31,751 nucleotides of DNA, taken from contig CAYRZG010000001.1 in assembly GCA_964428695.1 (NCBI GenBank), forward strand, positions 1 through 31,751, in the 5' to 3' direction. The DNA is from an uncultured Desulfurococcales archaeon (GTDB lineage: Archaea; Thermoproteota; Thermoprotei_A; Sulfolobales; Acidilobaceae). Position numbers and translations under genes: made by a program. Each line of letters begins with the position of its first letter. The stretch's first letter is position 1. The notes under the pieces are model-generated. The model was not told the DNA's origin. It did no database searches and saw only the letters and a program-made list of their open reading frames with translations. Shown here in pieces: positions 17,247 through 25,360 of this stretch.

Positions 17247-18782
17247 TTGACTTCACCGCTTGACGACCTGAGAGGATATCTGGCCTGGCAAGAGTCGAGG
17301 GGCAGGCTTCTTAGGGTTAGAGATGAGCTCTCACCAATACTGGAGATTCCAGCATTCCTACGCCACGTCATGTATCAGGGAGGGCCCACTGTACTATTCG
17401 AAAACGTTAGGGGCCACCCCGGGTGGAGGGTTGCGGGGAACATCTTCGACTCGCTGGAATCGTTCAGGCAGGCGTTGGGAGTGGAGAAGCTCGAAGATGT
17501 TGGGAGAAGGCTGGTGTCAATGCTCGAATCACCGATACCAACGGGTTTGGGGGAGAAGATATCGAGGCTTCTGGAGGCCAGGAACATGGCGGCAGCCCTG
17601 CCCTCCAAGGTTAGAAAGGCGGCTTTCACGGAAAACGTGGTAGACAGGGACCCTCTCAACGTCATCCCCGCCTTTAAAACGTGGCCCAGCGACGGAGGCC
17701 GATACATAACATTCGGCCTCGTTATCACTAGGGACCCGGAGACCGGCTCTCACAACATGGGAGTATACCGGGTCATGGTGAAGAGTGGAGACAAGGCGGT
17801 AGTACACTGGCAGATACACAAGAGGGGCGCCAAGGCATACCAGGATATTGCACGGCAAGGGGAGCGAATGCCCGTAGCTATAGTGATAGGCGCAGACCCG
17901 GCAACCATGTTTACCGGAGTAGCCCCCGTACCCCCGCCCATGGACAAGCTTCTCTTCGCAGGCATAGTTAGGGGCAAGGGGCTTAGGGTCTATCAGTTAG
18001 ACAGCGGCCTCCTAGTGCCGGCTAATGCTGAGGTCGTAATCGAGGGATACGTGGTGCCTGGAGAAGAGTCTGAGGAGGGACCCTTCGGCGACCACTGGGG
18101 CTTCTACGATAGACCCGTTGAAAAGTACCCTGTCTTGCATGTCGAGAGAATATACTATAGAGACAACCCAATATTCGTCGGAACAATAGTGGGCCTCCCA
18201 CCGCTAGAAGACGCTGTAATAGGAAAGGCTGTCGAGAGAATATTCCTCCCAATAACAAGGATAGTCTTTCCCGAGATAGTCGACATCGACCTACCAGTCC
18301 ACGGTGTATTCCAGGGCCTCCTTATAGTGTCGATTAGGAAGAGGTATCCAGGCCACGGCAAGAAGGTCGGCATGGGCCTCCTAGGCGTGGGGCAGACTAG
18401 CCTCACAAAAATAGTAGTCGTAGTCGACGAGTTCGTAGATGTCCACGATTACGGGCAGGTTGTATGGGCGGTGACAAGCTTCGTCGACCCTGCCAGAGAT
18501 ATTCTAATAGTAGACCATGCCCACACGGACGCTCTAGACCCTGCTTCGAGGGCTCCAGGCCTGGGCTCCAAGATAATCATAGATGCCACGAGGAAGTGGA
18601 GAGAAGAGGCTGGGAGAGACCCGCCAGAGATAGTTGCACCAGATCCCCGTATCGAGGAGAAGGTGAAAAGCCTCCTGGCAAAGTACGGCCTAAGGGCGGC
18701 GGACCCGTGGGAGAGGCTAGTGAAAGGCTACCTAGCTGGGACCCGGGGAGAGTCTCGCGGGCGAACAGGATACACGCGCTAG
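17247..18782 (+). CDS. ubiD: UbiD-family (prFMN-dependent) decarboxylase
   Basis: DGGRYIT, NMGVYR, HWQIHK, EVVIEG, EEGPFGDH, DALDP and IIDAT motifs. Confidence 0.95.
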   Translation: MTSPLDDLRGYLAWQESRGRLLRVRDELSPILEIPAFLRHVMYQGGPTVLFENVRGHPGWRVAGNIFDSLESFRQALGVEKLEDVGRRLVSMLESPIPTGLGEKISRLLEARNMAAALPSKVRKAAFTENVVDRDPLNVIPAFKTWPSDGGRYITFGLVITRDPETGSHNMGVYRVMVKSGDKAVVHWQIHKRGAKAYQDIARQGERMPVAIVIGADPATMFTGVAPVPPPMDKLLFAGIVRGKGLRVYQLDSGLLVPANAEVVIEGYVVPGEESEEGPFGDHWGFYDRPVEKYPVLHVERIYYRDNPIFVGTIVGLPPLEDAVIGKAVERIFLPITRIVFPEIVDIDLPVHGVFQGLLIVSIRKRYPGHGKKVGMGLLGVGQTSLTKIVVVVDEFVDVHDYGQVVWAVTSFVDPARDILIVDHAHTDALDPASRAPGLGSKIIIDATRKWREEAGRDPPEIVAPDPRIEEKVKSLLAKYGLRAADPWERLVKGYLAGTRGESRGRTGYTR

Positions 18783-19627
18783 CCCGCCTCGTGAGGATAG
18801 AGCACACGCTCTTCAGCCTACCATTCGCATACCTGGGCGCCGCCCTCTCCGGAGGCTCGACGAGCGTAAGGGACCTGGTACTCATAGGGCTAGCGGTGTT
18901 CGGCCTCCGCACCGCGGCAATGGCTTACAACAATATCGCCGACCTACCGATAGACGCTATGAACCCGAGGAGTAAGAGCAGACCCCTAGTTACAGGCGCA
19001 GTCAGCCTCCGAGACGCTTGGGCGCTTGTAGTCGCAGGTAGCCTGGTCTACTTTGCCTCTGCCGCCCTTCTAAACAAGATCGCGCTAATACTGAGCCCCA
19101 TCCTCTGGGTCGTTGCCATAACATACCCGTGGGCCAAGCGGATACACTGGTGCCCACACCTACACCTAGGGCTGACTCTGGGCCTCGTAGTCTTCGGCGG
19201 AGCAATAGCGGCGGTGGGAGACGAGGCAAACAGTGTGATGGAAGCCCTCTCAAGGGTCCCCTGGCTGATAGTCGCATCTGTAACATTCTGGGTTGCAGGC
19301 TTCGACATAGTATACAGTATCATGGACTACGAGTTCGACAAGTCCGCTGGTCTAGGTAGCGTCCCTGCAAGGCTAGGTGTTAAACAAGCTCTGCTAGTGG
19401 CCCTCCTATGCCATGCGGGGGCCGCTGCGACCCTCTACCTAGCGGTAGAGGAGTACCGGCTAGGCATCGCTGGAGCCGCCACAGCGATTACGGCTACGCT
19501 AATGCTAGCATACCAGCACTATCTCGTGTTAAGGCGGGGCCTGGAAGCGATTCCGAGAGCGTTCAACGTTAACCTTGCATATGGAGTCCTAGTGGGGGTA
19601 GGCCTAACAATCGCAGCTATAGTCTAG
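18707..19627 (+). CDS. ubiA: UbiA-family prenyltransferase (start uncertain; GTG 18707 inferred)
   Basis: VRIEHTLFSLPF, AYNNIADLPIDAMNPRSKSRPL, YPWAKR and FDIVYSIMDYEFD motifs; multiple TM helices. Confidence 0.92.
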   Translation: MGEASERLPSWDPGRVSRANRIHALARLVRIEHTLFSLPFAYLGAALSGGSTSVRDLVLIGLAVFGLRTAAMAYNNIADLPIDAMNPRSKSRPLVTGAVSLRDAWALVVAGSLVYFASAALLNKIALILSPILWVVAITYPWAKRIHWCPHLHLGLTLGLVVFGGAIAAVGDEANSVMEALSRVPWLIVASVTFWVAGFDIVYSIMDYEFDKSAGLGSVPARLGVKQALLVALLCHAGAAATLYLAVEEYRLGIAGAATAITATLMLAYQHYLVLRRGLEAIPRAFNVNLAYGVLVGVGLTIAAIV

Positions 19628-19914
19628 AATGTAGGATTATATTCGAGCTCCACGTATAGGTACGACTCTCTCCTACCACGGGACTTCCTACTATTAATGT
19701 CCCAGGCCACGATCTTCACGTCGCCCCCCAGCCTGCCTATGACTCCTGCGACGACATCGGCTAGCTTGCACACGTTTTCACCATATGCTATGAGACCTAG
19801 CCTGGGCGTGGACTGGCGTAGGAGCACGCTTACCTCGAGTATATAGTCCGCTGTGCTACGTGCTCTAGTCACAGTCAGCCTTGGCACACCCTGCGGCACG
19901 GCCCATACCCCCAT
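19624..19914 (-). CDS. Divergent Alba-fold protein
   Basis: Length and pattern follow Alba (DYILEV..., IAYGENVCKLADVV, DVKIVAWDINS...RESYLYVEL); lies 24 nt downstream of sir2. Confidence 0.6.
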   Translation of the reverse strand: MGVWAVPQGVPRLTVTRARSTADYILEVSVLLRQSTPRLGLIAYGENVCKLADVVAGVIGRLGGDVKIVAWDINSRKSRGRRESYLYVELEYNPTF

Positions 19915-19937
19915 GGCGCGTGGCGTGGGCGGGATAG

Positions 19938-20702
19938 TTAAAGTCCTAGCACGAGTTCCAGCTCGGCGAAGAAGTCGGCTGCCTTGCCGTAGTAGTTTAC
20001 GACGGCTATCGGTGAGTACCTGTTAGGCTCCAGATTTATGTTGACTATCCTAGCCCCTCTCTCATAGGCTATTAGTGGAATGCTGGCGGCAGGCTCTACG
20101 ACGCCGCTCGTCCCCACCACTAGTACGAGGTCGCTTCTAGCAGCCTCTTGGATAGCACGGTGTAGAGCCTCGGCAGGCAGTGGCTCGCCGAACCATACTA
20201 CGTCGGGCCTGGCGAGAGACCCGCATCGAGGGCATTTGAGGGGGAGGTCGCGGTCTTCAGGAGGCTTGTCTAGAACCCACTTGTAGCCGCATGAGGTACA
20301 CCGCGCGCGTAGAATGTTGCCGTGTAGCTCTATAACGTTCCGGGACCCTGCCCGCTGGTGGAGGCCGTCAACATTCTGAGTTATCACCGCCTTCAACATC
20401 CCCCTCTCCTCGAGCTTCGCTAGAACCATATGAGACACTGTTGGAGAGGCTCTTAGCACCATTCGGATGCGCCACGCGTACCAACGCCAGACGAGCAGCG
20501 GGTCCCTGGCGAACGCCTCTGGAGTGGCAAGCTCCTCCGGCTTATACTTCTCCCAGAGGCCTCCAGGCCCTCTAAAAGTGGGTATGCCGGCATCAGCCGA
20601 TATACCGGCGCCTGTCAATGCGATAGCATATTTAGCCTGCCTAAGCAGGCCTGCAACCTCCTCTGCGGCCTCACGCGGGTTCCTGTAAACCCTTCCAGCC
20701 AA
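19938..20702 (-). CDS. cobB: Sir2/CobB NAD-dependent protein deacylase
   Basis: TGAGISADAGIPTFRG, ITQNVDGLHQRAG, ELHG, CTSC..CPRC, RPDVVWFGE and VGTS motifs; TTG start at 20702 with GGTGG upstream. Confidence 0.95.
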   Translation of the reverse strand: MAGRVYRNPREAAEEVAGLLRQAKYAIALTGAGISADAGIPTFRGPGGLWEKYKPEELATPEAFARDPLLVWRWYAWRIRMVLRASPTVSHMVLAKLEERGMLKAVITQNVDGLHQRAGSRNVIELHGNILRARCTSCGYKWVLDKPPEDRDLPLKCPRCGSLARPDVVWFGEPLPAEALHRAIQEAARSDLVLVVGTSGVVEPAASIPLIAYERGARIVNINLEPNRYSPIAVVNYYGKAADFFAELELVLGL

Positions 20703-20717
20703 TTCTACGCCACCGTC

Positions 20718-20787
20718 GGCGCCTCGGTTTCCGGCGCGCTCCCCACGCTTAATATCGTCGGGGACGAGGTTGATCGTCATCGGCGCC
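20718..20787 (-). ncRNA. Candidate box C/D guide sRNA
   Basis: GGCGCC-G-[C ATGACGA]-TCAACCTCGTCC(12)-[D' CCGA]-11 nt-[C' GTGGGGA, degenerate]-GCGCGCCGGAAA(12)-[D CCGA]-GGCGCC. Confidence 0.6.
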
Positions 20788-20830
20788 GGGATAGAAGGTT
20801 CTTTGGAGGGTAAAATTTCCGGGAGCCAGC

Positions 20831-21907
20831 CTAGTAGGTTAGATCGGGCCTGTCTAGCACATCGTACTCTCCGGTGGGAGGCTCCGGCGTCTCCGGGCCC
20901 TCCGGGCATCCTTTACCGTGACGTATTGGCTTCTTCAACGTGCTTAGAAGCACGACCCTGCTAGCCTTAACCTCGCCTATCACGTCATAACCTATTAGCT
21001 CTGCAAGCTTCCAGGAGAAGCGTCTAACCTCCTCGTGGCGTGGCATGTTCTGCCTTGTAAGCCTCTCCCTGCTAGCGCCGACCCACATGTATGCCTTGAC
21101 CTCTACGTAGGTTGGCTGGGCCCGGCGTATCAGCCTGGCGAAACCCTCCAGGGCCTCCCGGGTATCGTTGAAGCCCTTCACAAGGGTGATCCTAATCGCG
21201 GTGGGGCTGGTGAAGCTTGGAAGCATGTCTAGAGTCTCAAGCGTTAGCTCCCAAGCCCTAGGCACGAGCGGCCTGTTGAAGTAGTTGTAGGACTTCTCAT
21301 CCCACGCCTCCATGCTAATATAGAGCTGGCTGGGCTCCTCCTCAAGGTTCGCCAGGACATCCGGCCTCACGCCTCGTGTAACAATGAATGTTGTCATCCC
21401 ACGCCTGTGTATCTCCTTTATCAGGTCGCTTAGGAGCGGATACAGAGTAGGCTCTCCCGTGAGGCTCATCGTAACGTGGACAGGGTTCATAGCCTCCTCT
21501 ATCCTCTTCGGGTCTGCCTTCGGATGACCATAGTATCCCGACATCATTCTCCTGTGTGCCTCAATGATACCATCGACTATCATCTTTGGATCATCGTAGA
21601 ACGGCATCTTGGTCTCGTCAACGTCTATGCCGATATCCTGCGGCCTTATCCTCCAGCAGTGTAGGCACGCATTCCAACACCAGAAGGCTACCGGGCTCAT
21701 CTGGATGTCTCGGTGGCTCTCTATACCGTAGAACTTACACTTGTAGCAGAACCTGTTCTCGACCACAGCCATGTGCGTCCAGTAGCACTTCTTGACGACA
21801 GTATGCCTTCCGACGAAGTGATACTTCTGCTTAACCATGACCTCGGCCAGCGGCCTGTAGGGTGCCGGTATATCCTCTAGCCTCAGCCGGAGCGTCATAG
21901 TCTCCAC
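20831..21907 (-). CDS. taw1: 4-demethylwyosine synthase TYW1/Taw1 (radical SAM)
   Basis: CWNACLHCWR radical-SAM motif, CYK, SLTGEPTLYP, EVKAYMWVGAS. Confidence 0.95.
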   Translation of the reverse strand: METMTLRLRLEDIPAPYRPLAEVMVKQKYHFVGRHTVVKKCYWTHMAVVENRFCYKCKFYGIESHRDIQMSPVAFWCWNACLHCWRIRPQDIGIDVDETKMPFYDDPKMIVDGIIEAHRRMMSGYYGHPKADPKRIEEAMNPVHVTMSLTGEPTLYPLLSDLIKEIHRRGMTTFIVTRGVRPDVLANLEEEPSQLYISMEAWDEKSYNYFNRPLVPRAWELTLETLDMLPSFTSPTAIRITLVKGFNDTREALEGFARLIRRAQPTYVEVKAYMWVGASRERLTRQNMPRHEEVRRFSWKLAELIGYDVIGEVKASRVVLLSTLKKPIRHGKGCPEGPETPEPPTGEYDVLDRPDLTY

Positions 21908-21965
21908 CGGGATTCAATTAACTCCAGTCAATAGCGTGCTACCAGGGGTCTTTAAACTGCCGCAC

Positions 21966-22985
21966 CTATTTCCTCTGGCCAGCCACCTGCTCCGCGGGCT
22001 TGGCGGGCTTATACCACCCCTTCTCGGCTATGTAGTTGTAGGCACTATACGCTGCGACCGCGCCCATGGCGGCGGCTGTAACAACCTGGCGGAATCCACG
22101 CCATAGCGTGGTACAGTCTCCGGCAGCGAAGACGCCCTCAACGCTGGTCCTCATCCACTCGTCGACCTTAATGTAGCCTGCGTCGTCGGTTTCAAGCCCC
22201 ATGCTCTGGAACCACTCCTTGGGCGGCTCGAAGCCTATCTCTATGAATATCCCCTGGACCTTTAGCTCCCTCTCCTCGCCGGTAATCTTGTTTCTAACAA
22301 TGACCGACTCGACCTTGTCCGTGCCTCTAATCTCGGTGACTACACTGTTTAGTATAAACTCTATGTTAGGCTTAGACTTGGCCTCCTCGACGAAGAATGG
22401 TTTCGCCCTAAACTGGTCTCTCCTGTGTATGAGGTAGACCTTCTTAGCGTAGCCGCTTAACAGTAGGGCCCCTTCGAACGCGGCGTCTCCGCCTCCAACG
22501 ACGGCAACTGCTTCGGCCCCCTTGTAGAAGGGGGCGTCGCAAACGCTACAGTAGCTGACGCCCTTGCCAGCGAACTCCTTCTCGCCGGGCACGTTTAGCT
22601 TCCTCCTCTTTGAGCCGACGGCGAATATAACTGCTTTCGCGACGACGTCTATTCCCCGGCCGTATACTCTTATTCTCCCGTCTGGGAGCTTCTCGATACC
22701 CTCTACTGTTACAAGGTCTAACACCTTAGCCCCGAACATCTCAGCGTGACGCTTGAAGCTCTCAACCAGCTTGCTCGCCTTGATCTTCCCCATGCCAGGG
22801 TAGTCGTCGACCCAGTCTGTTAGGTTAAGCTGGCCTCCAATCTCCTTGGCAACTACTAGAGTTTTGAGTAGGAACCTCTGCGAGTAGATTGCAGCGCTTA
22901 GCCCTGCGGGCCCCGCGCCTACTATCACGACGTCGAACTCCTCTCCTTTCTTCACCTTGGGCCGGCGTCCTAGCCTTATACCCAT
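21966..22985 (-). CDS. trxB: Thioredoxin-disulfide reductase
   Basis: GAGPAG, GVSYCSVCDA (CxxC), GGGDAA, HRRDQFRA and FAAGD motifs; GAGGT before ATG 22985. Confidence 0.95.
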   Translation of the reverse strand: MGIRLGRRPKVKKGEEFDVVIVGAGPAGLSAAIYSQRFLLKTLVVAKEIGGQLNLTDWVDDYPGMGKIKASKLVESFKRHAEMFGAKVLDLVTVEGIEKLPDGRIRVYGRGIDVVAKAVIFAVGSKRRKLNVPGEKEFAGKGVSYCSVCDAPFYKGAEAVAVVGGGDAAFEGALLLSGYAKKVYLIHRRDQFRAKPFFVEEAKSKPNIEFILNSVVTEIRGTDKVESVIVRNKITGEERELKVQGIFIEIGFEPPKEWFQSMGLETDDAGYIKVDEWMRTSVEGVFAAGDCTTLWRGFRQVVTAAAMGAVAAYSAYNYIAEKGWYKPAKPAEQVAGQRK

Positions 22986-23046
22986 ACCTCGCACCCTCGG
23001 CGTTAGGGTGGGTGTGAGAGGTTTTAGGATTACGACCTAAACTGGT

Positions 23047-23110
23047 GTGCGGGTCGGTACTTAAAGGCGTCTTCACTAGTCAGTGAGTACGGCCCTCCTC
23101 ATCCCCGCAC
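23047..23110 (-). ncRNA. Box C/D guide sRNA (double 16S rRNA guide)
   Basis: GTGCGGG-G-[C ATGAGGA]-GGGCCGTACTCA(12)-[D' CTGA]-CTA-[C' GTGAAGA]-CGCCTTTAAGTA(12)-[D CCGA]-CCCGCAC. The guides are antisense to the conserved archaeal 16S segments GAGUACGGCC and ACUUAAAGG. Confidence 0.9.
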
Positions 23111-23418
23111 CTACTACTTCTAGACTCTATGTACCCGCTTACAATCTTCTCTAGAAAGACTTCGGGGGGCAGTGGTTCGACTATAATTTCGGGTCCCGAA
23201 ACCCTAATTTTTACGGCGCCTATCCTCTTCAACCTCTTGATAATGTTTCTGGCAGTTCTCTTTGTAGTGCACAAGGTCCCTGAGACTAGCTCAACCGCCT
23301 CACCCAGGTTTAAACGACCAGCCTTAACCAGGAGGAAGTAGGCGGCCAGCTCCCTCTTCCTGGGCACCGGCAAGGCCTGCACCCTTAGGCGGGCTCGCCT
23401 ATGGTCGGTGATCCTCAT
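23080..23418 (-). CDS. Winged-helix protein (112 aa)
   Basis: LGEAVELVSGTLCTTKRTARNIIKRLKRIGAVKI has a wHTH pattern. Confidence 0.7.
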   Translation of the reverse strand: MRITDHRRARLRVQALPVPRKRELAAYFLLVKAGRLNLGEAVELVSGTLCTTKRTARNIIKRLKRIGAVKIRVSGPEIIVEPLPPEVFLEKIVSGYIESRSSRCGDEEGRTH

Positions 23419-23446
23419 CTAAACGCTTCGGTGTAGGGTAGCCCGC

Positions 23447-23980
23447 TCATCGCCCCTTACATGGTGAGTAGAGGCCGATAATATATTCGAGCGGGCCTAC
23501 TGCGGGACCCTCGGCTACAGCCAAAATGTAATCTTCTCCCTCAACGGCAACGACGGTCTCACCTCTACTGTCTACAACTAGGTTTAAGCCTTCAACGTCT
23601 CCCAGGATTCCCTCGAGGAACATTCCATTGGCGAAGAGTGCGACCGGATCTCTAATGTCAAGACCTAACAGTGGCGGCGTGAGCTGCTTCCCTCCCACGG
23701 CAGGCCTCTCGGGCGGAGCATAGTCTACACTATAGCATCCGTCTACCCACTCGGGCCTGGAAAGCTGAAGCCCCTCGACTCTAGCATCTGGCGGGAACAC
23801 TAGGCTACCAACGCCGAGCGTTACAGAGGTTACACCCGCATCCGTTCTAACCACAACGCTCGCGGGATACGTGACTAGGAGTGCGCGCTCTGATACAGCT
23901 AGGCTGGCCCATTCTCGAGGCTCACCCGCCAGAATCACAGATACGTCGACGGCCTTCCAGCCCCGGTCTATCCTCGGCAA
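23447..23980 (-). CDS. Hypothetical beta-rich protein (177 aa)
   Basis: Longest ORF of the interval, in tandem with the wHTH gene; no recognisable motif. Confidence 0.65.
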   Translation of the reverse strand: MPRIDRGWKAVDVSVILAGEPREWASLAVSERALLVTYPASVVVRTDAGVTSVTLGVGSLVFPPDARVEGLQLSRPEWVDGCYSVDYAPPERPAVGGKQLTPPLLGLDIRDPVALFANGMFLEGILGDVEGLNLVVDSRGETVVAVEGEDYILAVAEGPAVGPLEYIIGLYSPCKGR

Positions 23981-24043
23981 TTACCATACCCTGCGACGAC
24001 CTGGCCGGCAGGAGATAATTGGCCTAACTCCCCTCCAGCTACA

Positions 24044-24116
24044 CGGGCCTGTGAAGAGGCGTGTAAGGCCCAGACCCGCCGGCGGGGATGAGGAGTAACC
24101 AGGCTGACGAGGCCCG
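24044..24116 (+). ncRNA. Candidate box C/D guide sRNA (possibly tRNA-targeting)
   Basis: CGGGCC-T-[C GTGAAGA]-GGCGTGTAAGGCC-[D' CAGA]-CCCGCCGGCGGGG-[C' ATGAGGA]-GTAACCAGGCTG-[D ACGA; or CTGA after a 9-nt guide]-GGCCCG, in the gap between divergent genes. Confidence 0.65.
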
Positions 24117-24211
24117 CCATAGGCCTGGTTCGATACGTGAGACCTAACTGTCACCATGCCAACTCCTATATAGTCTATGCCGACACACAACATGTCACGG
24201 TGCGGGCAGCC

Positions 24212-25348
24212 TTGAAGCTATTCGAGTATGAAGCGAAGAGCATACTGTCAAAGAAGGGCGTTGAGATACCAAAAAGTGTGCTGGTAAAGAAGGGAGAAGA
24301 CCCCCTGGTCAAGATGAAGGAGGCCGGCCTCAAGCCGCCAGTAGTAGTGAAGGCCCAGGTACTAGTAGCCGGCAGGGGTAAGGCCGGAGGAATTAAGCTC
24401 GCGAAAACCGAGGAAGAGGTAGTAAGGATCGTAGAGGAACTCTTCAACAAGCCCATAAAGGGAATAGTTCCAAGACTACTCCTAATAGAGGAGGCCATAC
24501 CACACGAGGTGGAACTATATGCAGCAATAGTCATAGACAGGAGCGCCAGGAAGCCAGTGGTGCTAGCTAGCAGATACGGTGGAATGGACATTGAAGAGAT
24601 TGCAAGAGAGAAGCCGGAGAGCATAGTGAGAATGCACGTAGATCCCTTCATCGGCCTCCGCGGCTACCAGGCTAGGATAATCGGCAAGAAGATAGGGTTG
24701 AAGGGCAAGGCTCTAGCAAGCTTCGCGGCATTCCTAACCGCTCTCTACGAGGCCTTTACAGAGTACGACGCGGAACTAGCAGAGTCTAACCCGCTCGCAC
24801 TAGTGGGAGACAAGGTAATCCCGCTAGACGCCAGGATGATAGTAGATGATAACGCGCTCTACAGGCACCCGGAGCTGGCTGGAGAGAGGTTCGAGGAGAC
24901 GGGAGAATACACGGAGTGGGAGATCAGGGCCAGGAAGCAGGGGCTTGCATTCGTAGAGCTAGACGGCGACATAGGCATTATAGGCAACGGCGCTGGCTTA
25001 ACAATGACCACAATGGACCTAGTCTACGAGTATGGCGGCAAGCCGGCAAACTTCCTCGACATAGGAGGAGGAGCAAGCGCCGAGCTAGTGAAGAAGGCCG
25101 TCTCGTTCCTCTTCGAATACCCCAAGGCTAAGAAGATATTCATCAACATATTCGGAGGCATTACCAGAGGAGACGAGGTTGCGAAGGGCATAGTGAAAGC
25201 ACTCGAGGAGCTGGGCGAGCTGCCCAAACCCATAGTGATTAGGCTGGCCGGGACCCGCGCCGAGGAGGGCCGGGAGATCCTCAAGAAGGCGGGCCTCGAG
25301 GCCTTCACAGACCCGATTGAGGCTGTTAAGAGGGTTATAGAACTTTAG
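24212..25348 (+). CDS. sucC: Succinyl-CoA synthetase beta subunit
   Basis: MKLFEYEAKSIL (TTG 24212), KAQVLVAGRGKAGG, GNGAGL, PANFLDIGGG and NIFGGITRGD motifs. Confidence 0.96.
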   Translation: MKLFEYEAKSILSKKGVEIPKSVLVKKGEDPLVKMKEAGLKPPVVVKAQVLVAGRGKAGGIKLAKTEEEVVRIVEELFNKPIKGIVPRLLLIEEAIPHEVELYAAIVIDRSARKPVVLASRYGGMDIEEIAREKPESIVRMHVDPFIGLRGYQARIIGKKIGLKGKALASFAAFLTALYEAFTEYDAELAESNPLALVGDKVIPLDARMIVDDNALYRHPELAGERFEETGEYTEWEIRARKQGLAFVELDGDIGIIGNGAGLTMTTMDLVYEYGGKPANFLDIGGGASAELVKKAVSFLFEYPKAKKIFINIFGGITRGDEVAKGIVKALEELGELPKPIVIRLAGTRAEEGREILKKAGLEAFTDPIEAVKRVIEL

Positions 25349-25360
25349 GGGGTGATCTAG

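Noticed and set aside
18464-18706. 81-codon N-terminal extension of UbiA in the ORF track
   Set aside because: It is an alternate frame of the UbiD core with non-protein-like composition; UbiA similarity begins near WDPG...VRIEH.
20703-20909. 69-codon N-terminal extension of Sir2
   Set aside because: It overlaps the taw1 end and the sRNA candidate; a TTG with a good RBS exists at 20702.
23981-24193. 70-aa - strand ORF and the 25-codon sucC extension
   Set aside because: No protein-like features; the region is better explained by the + strand sRNA and divergent promoters.
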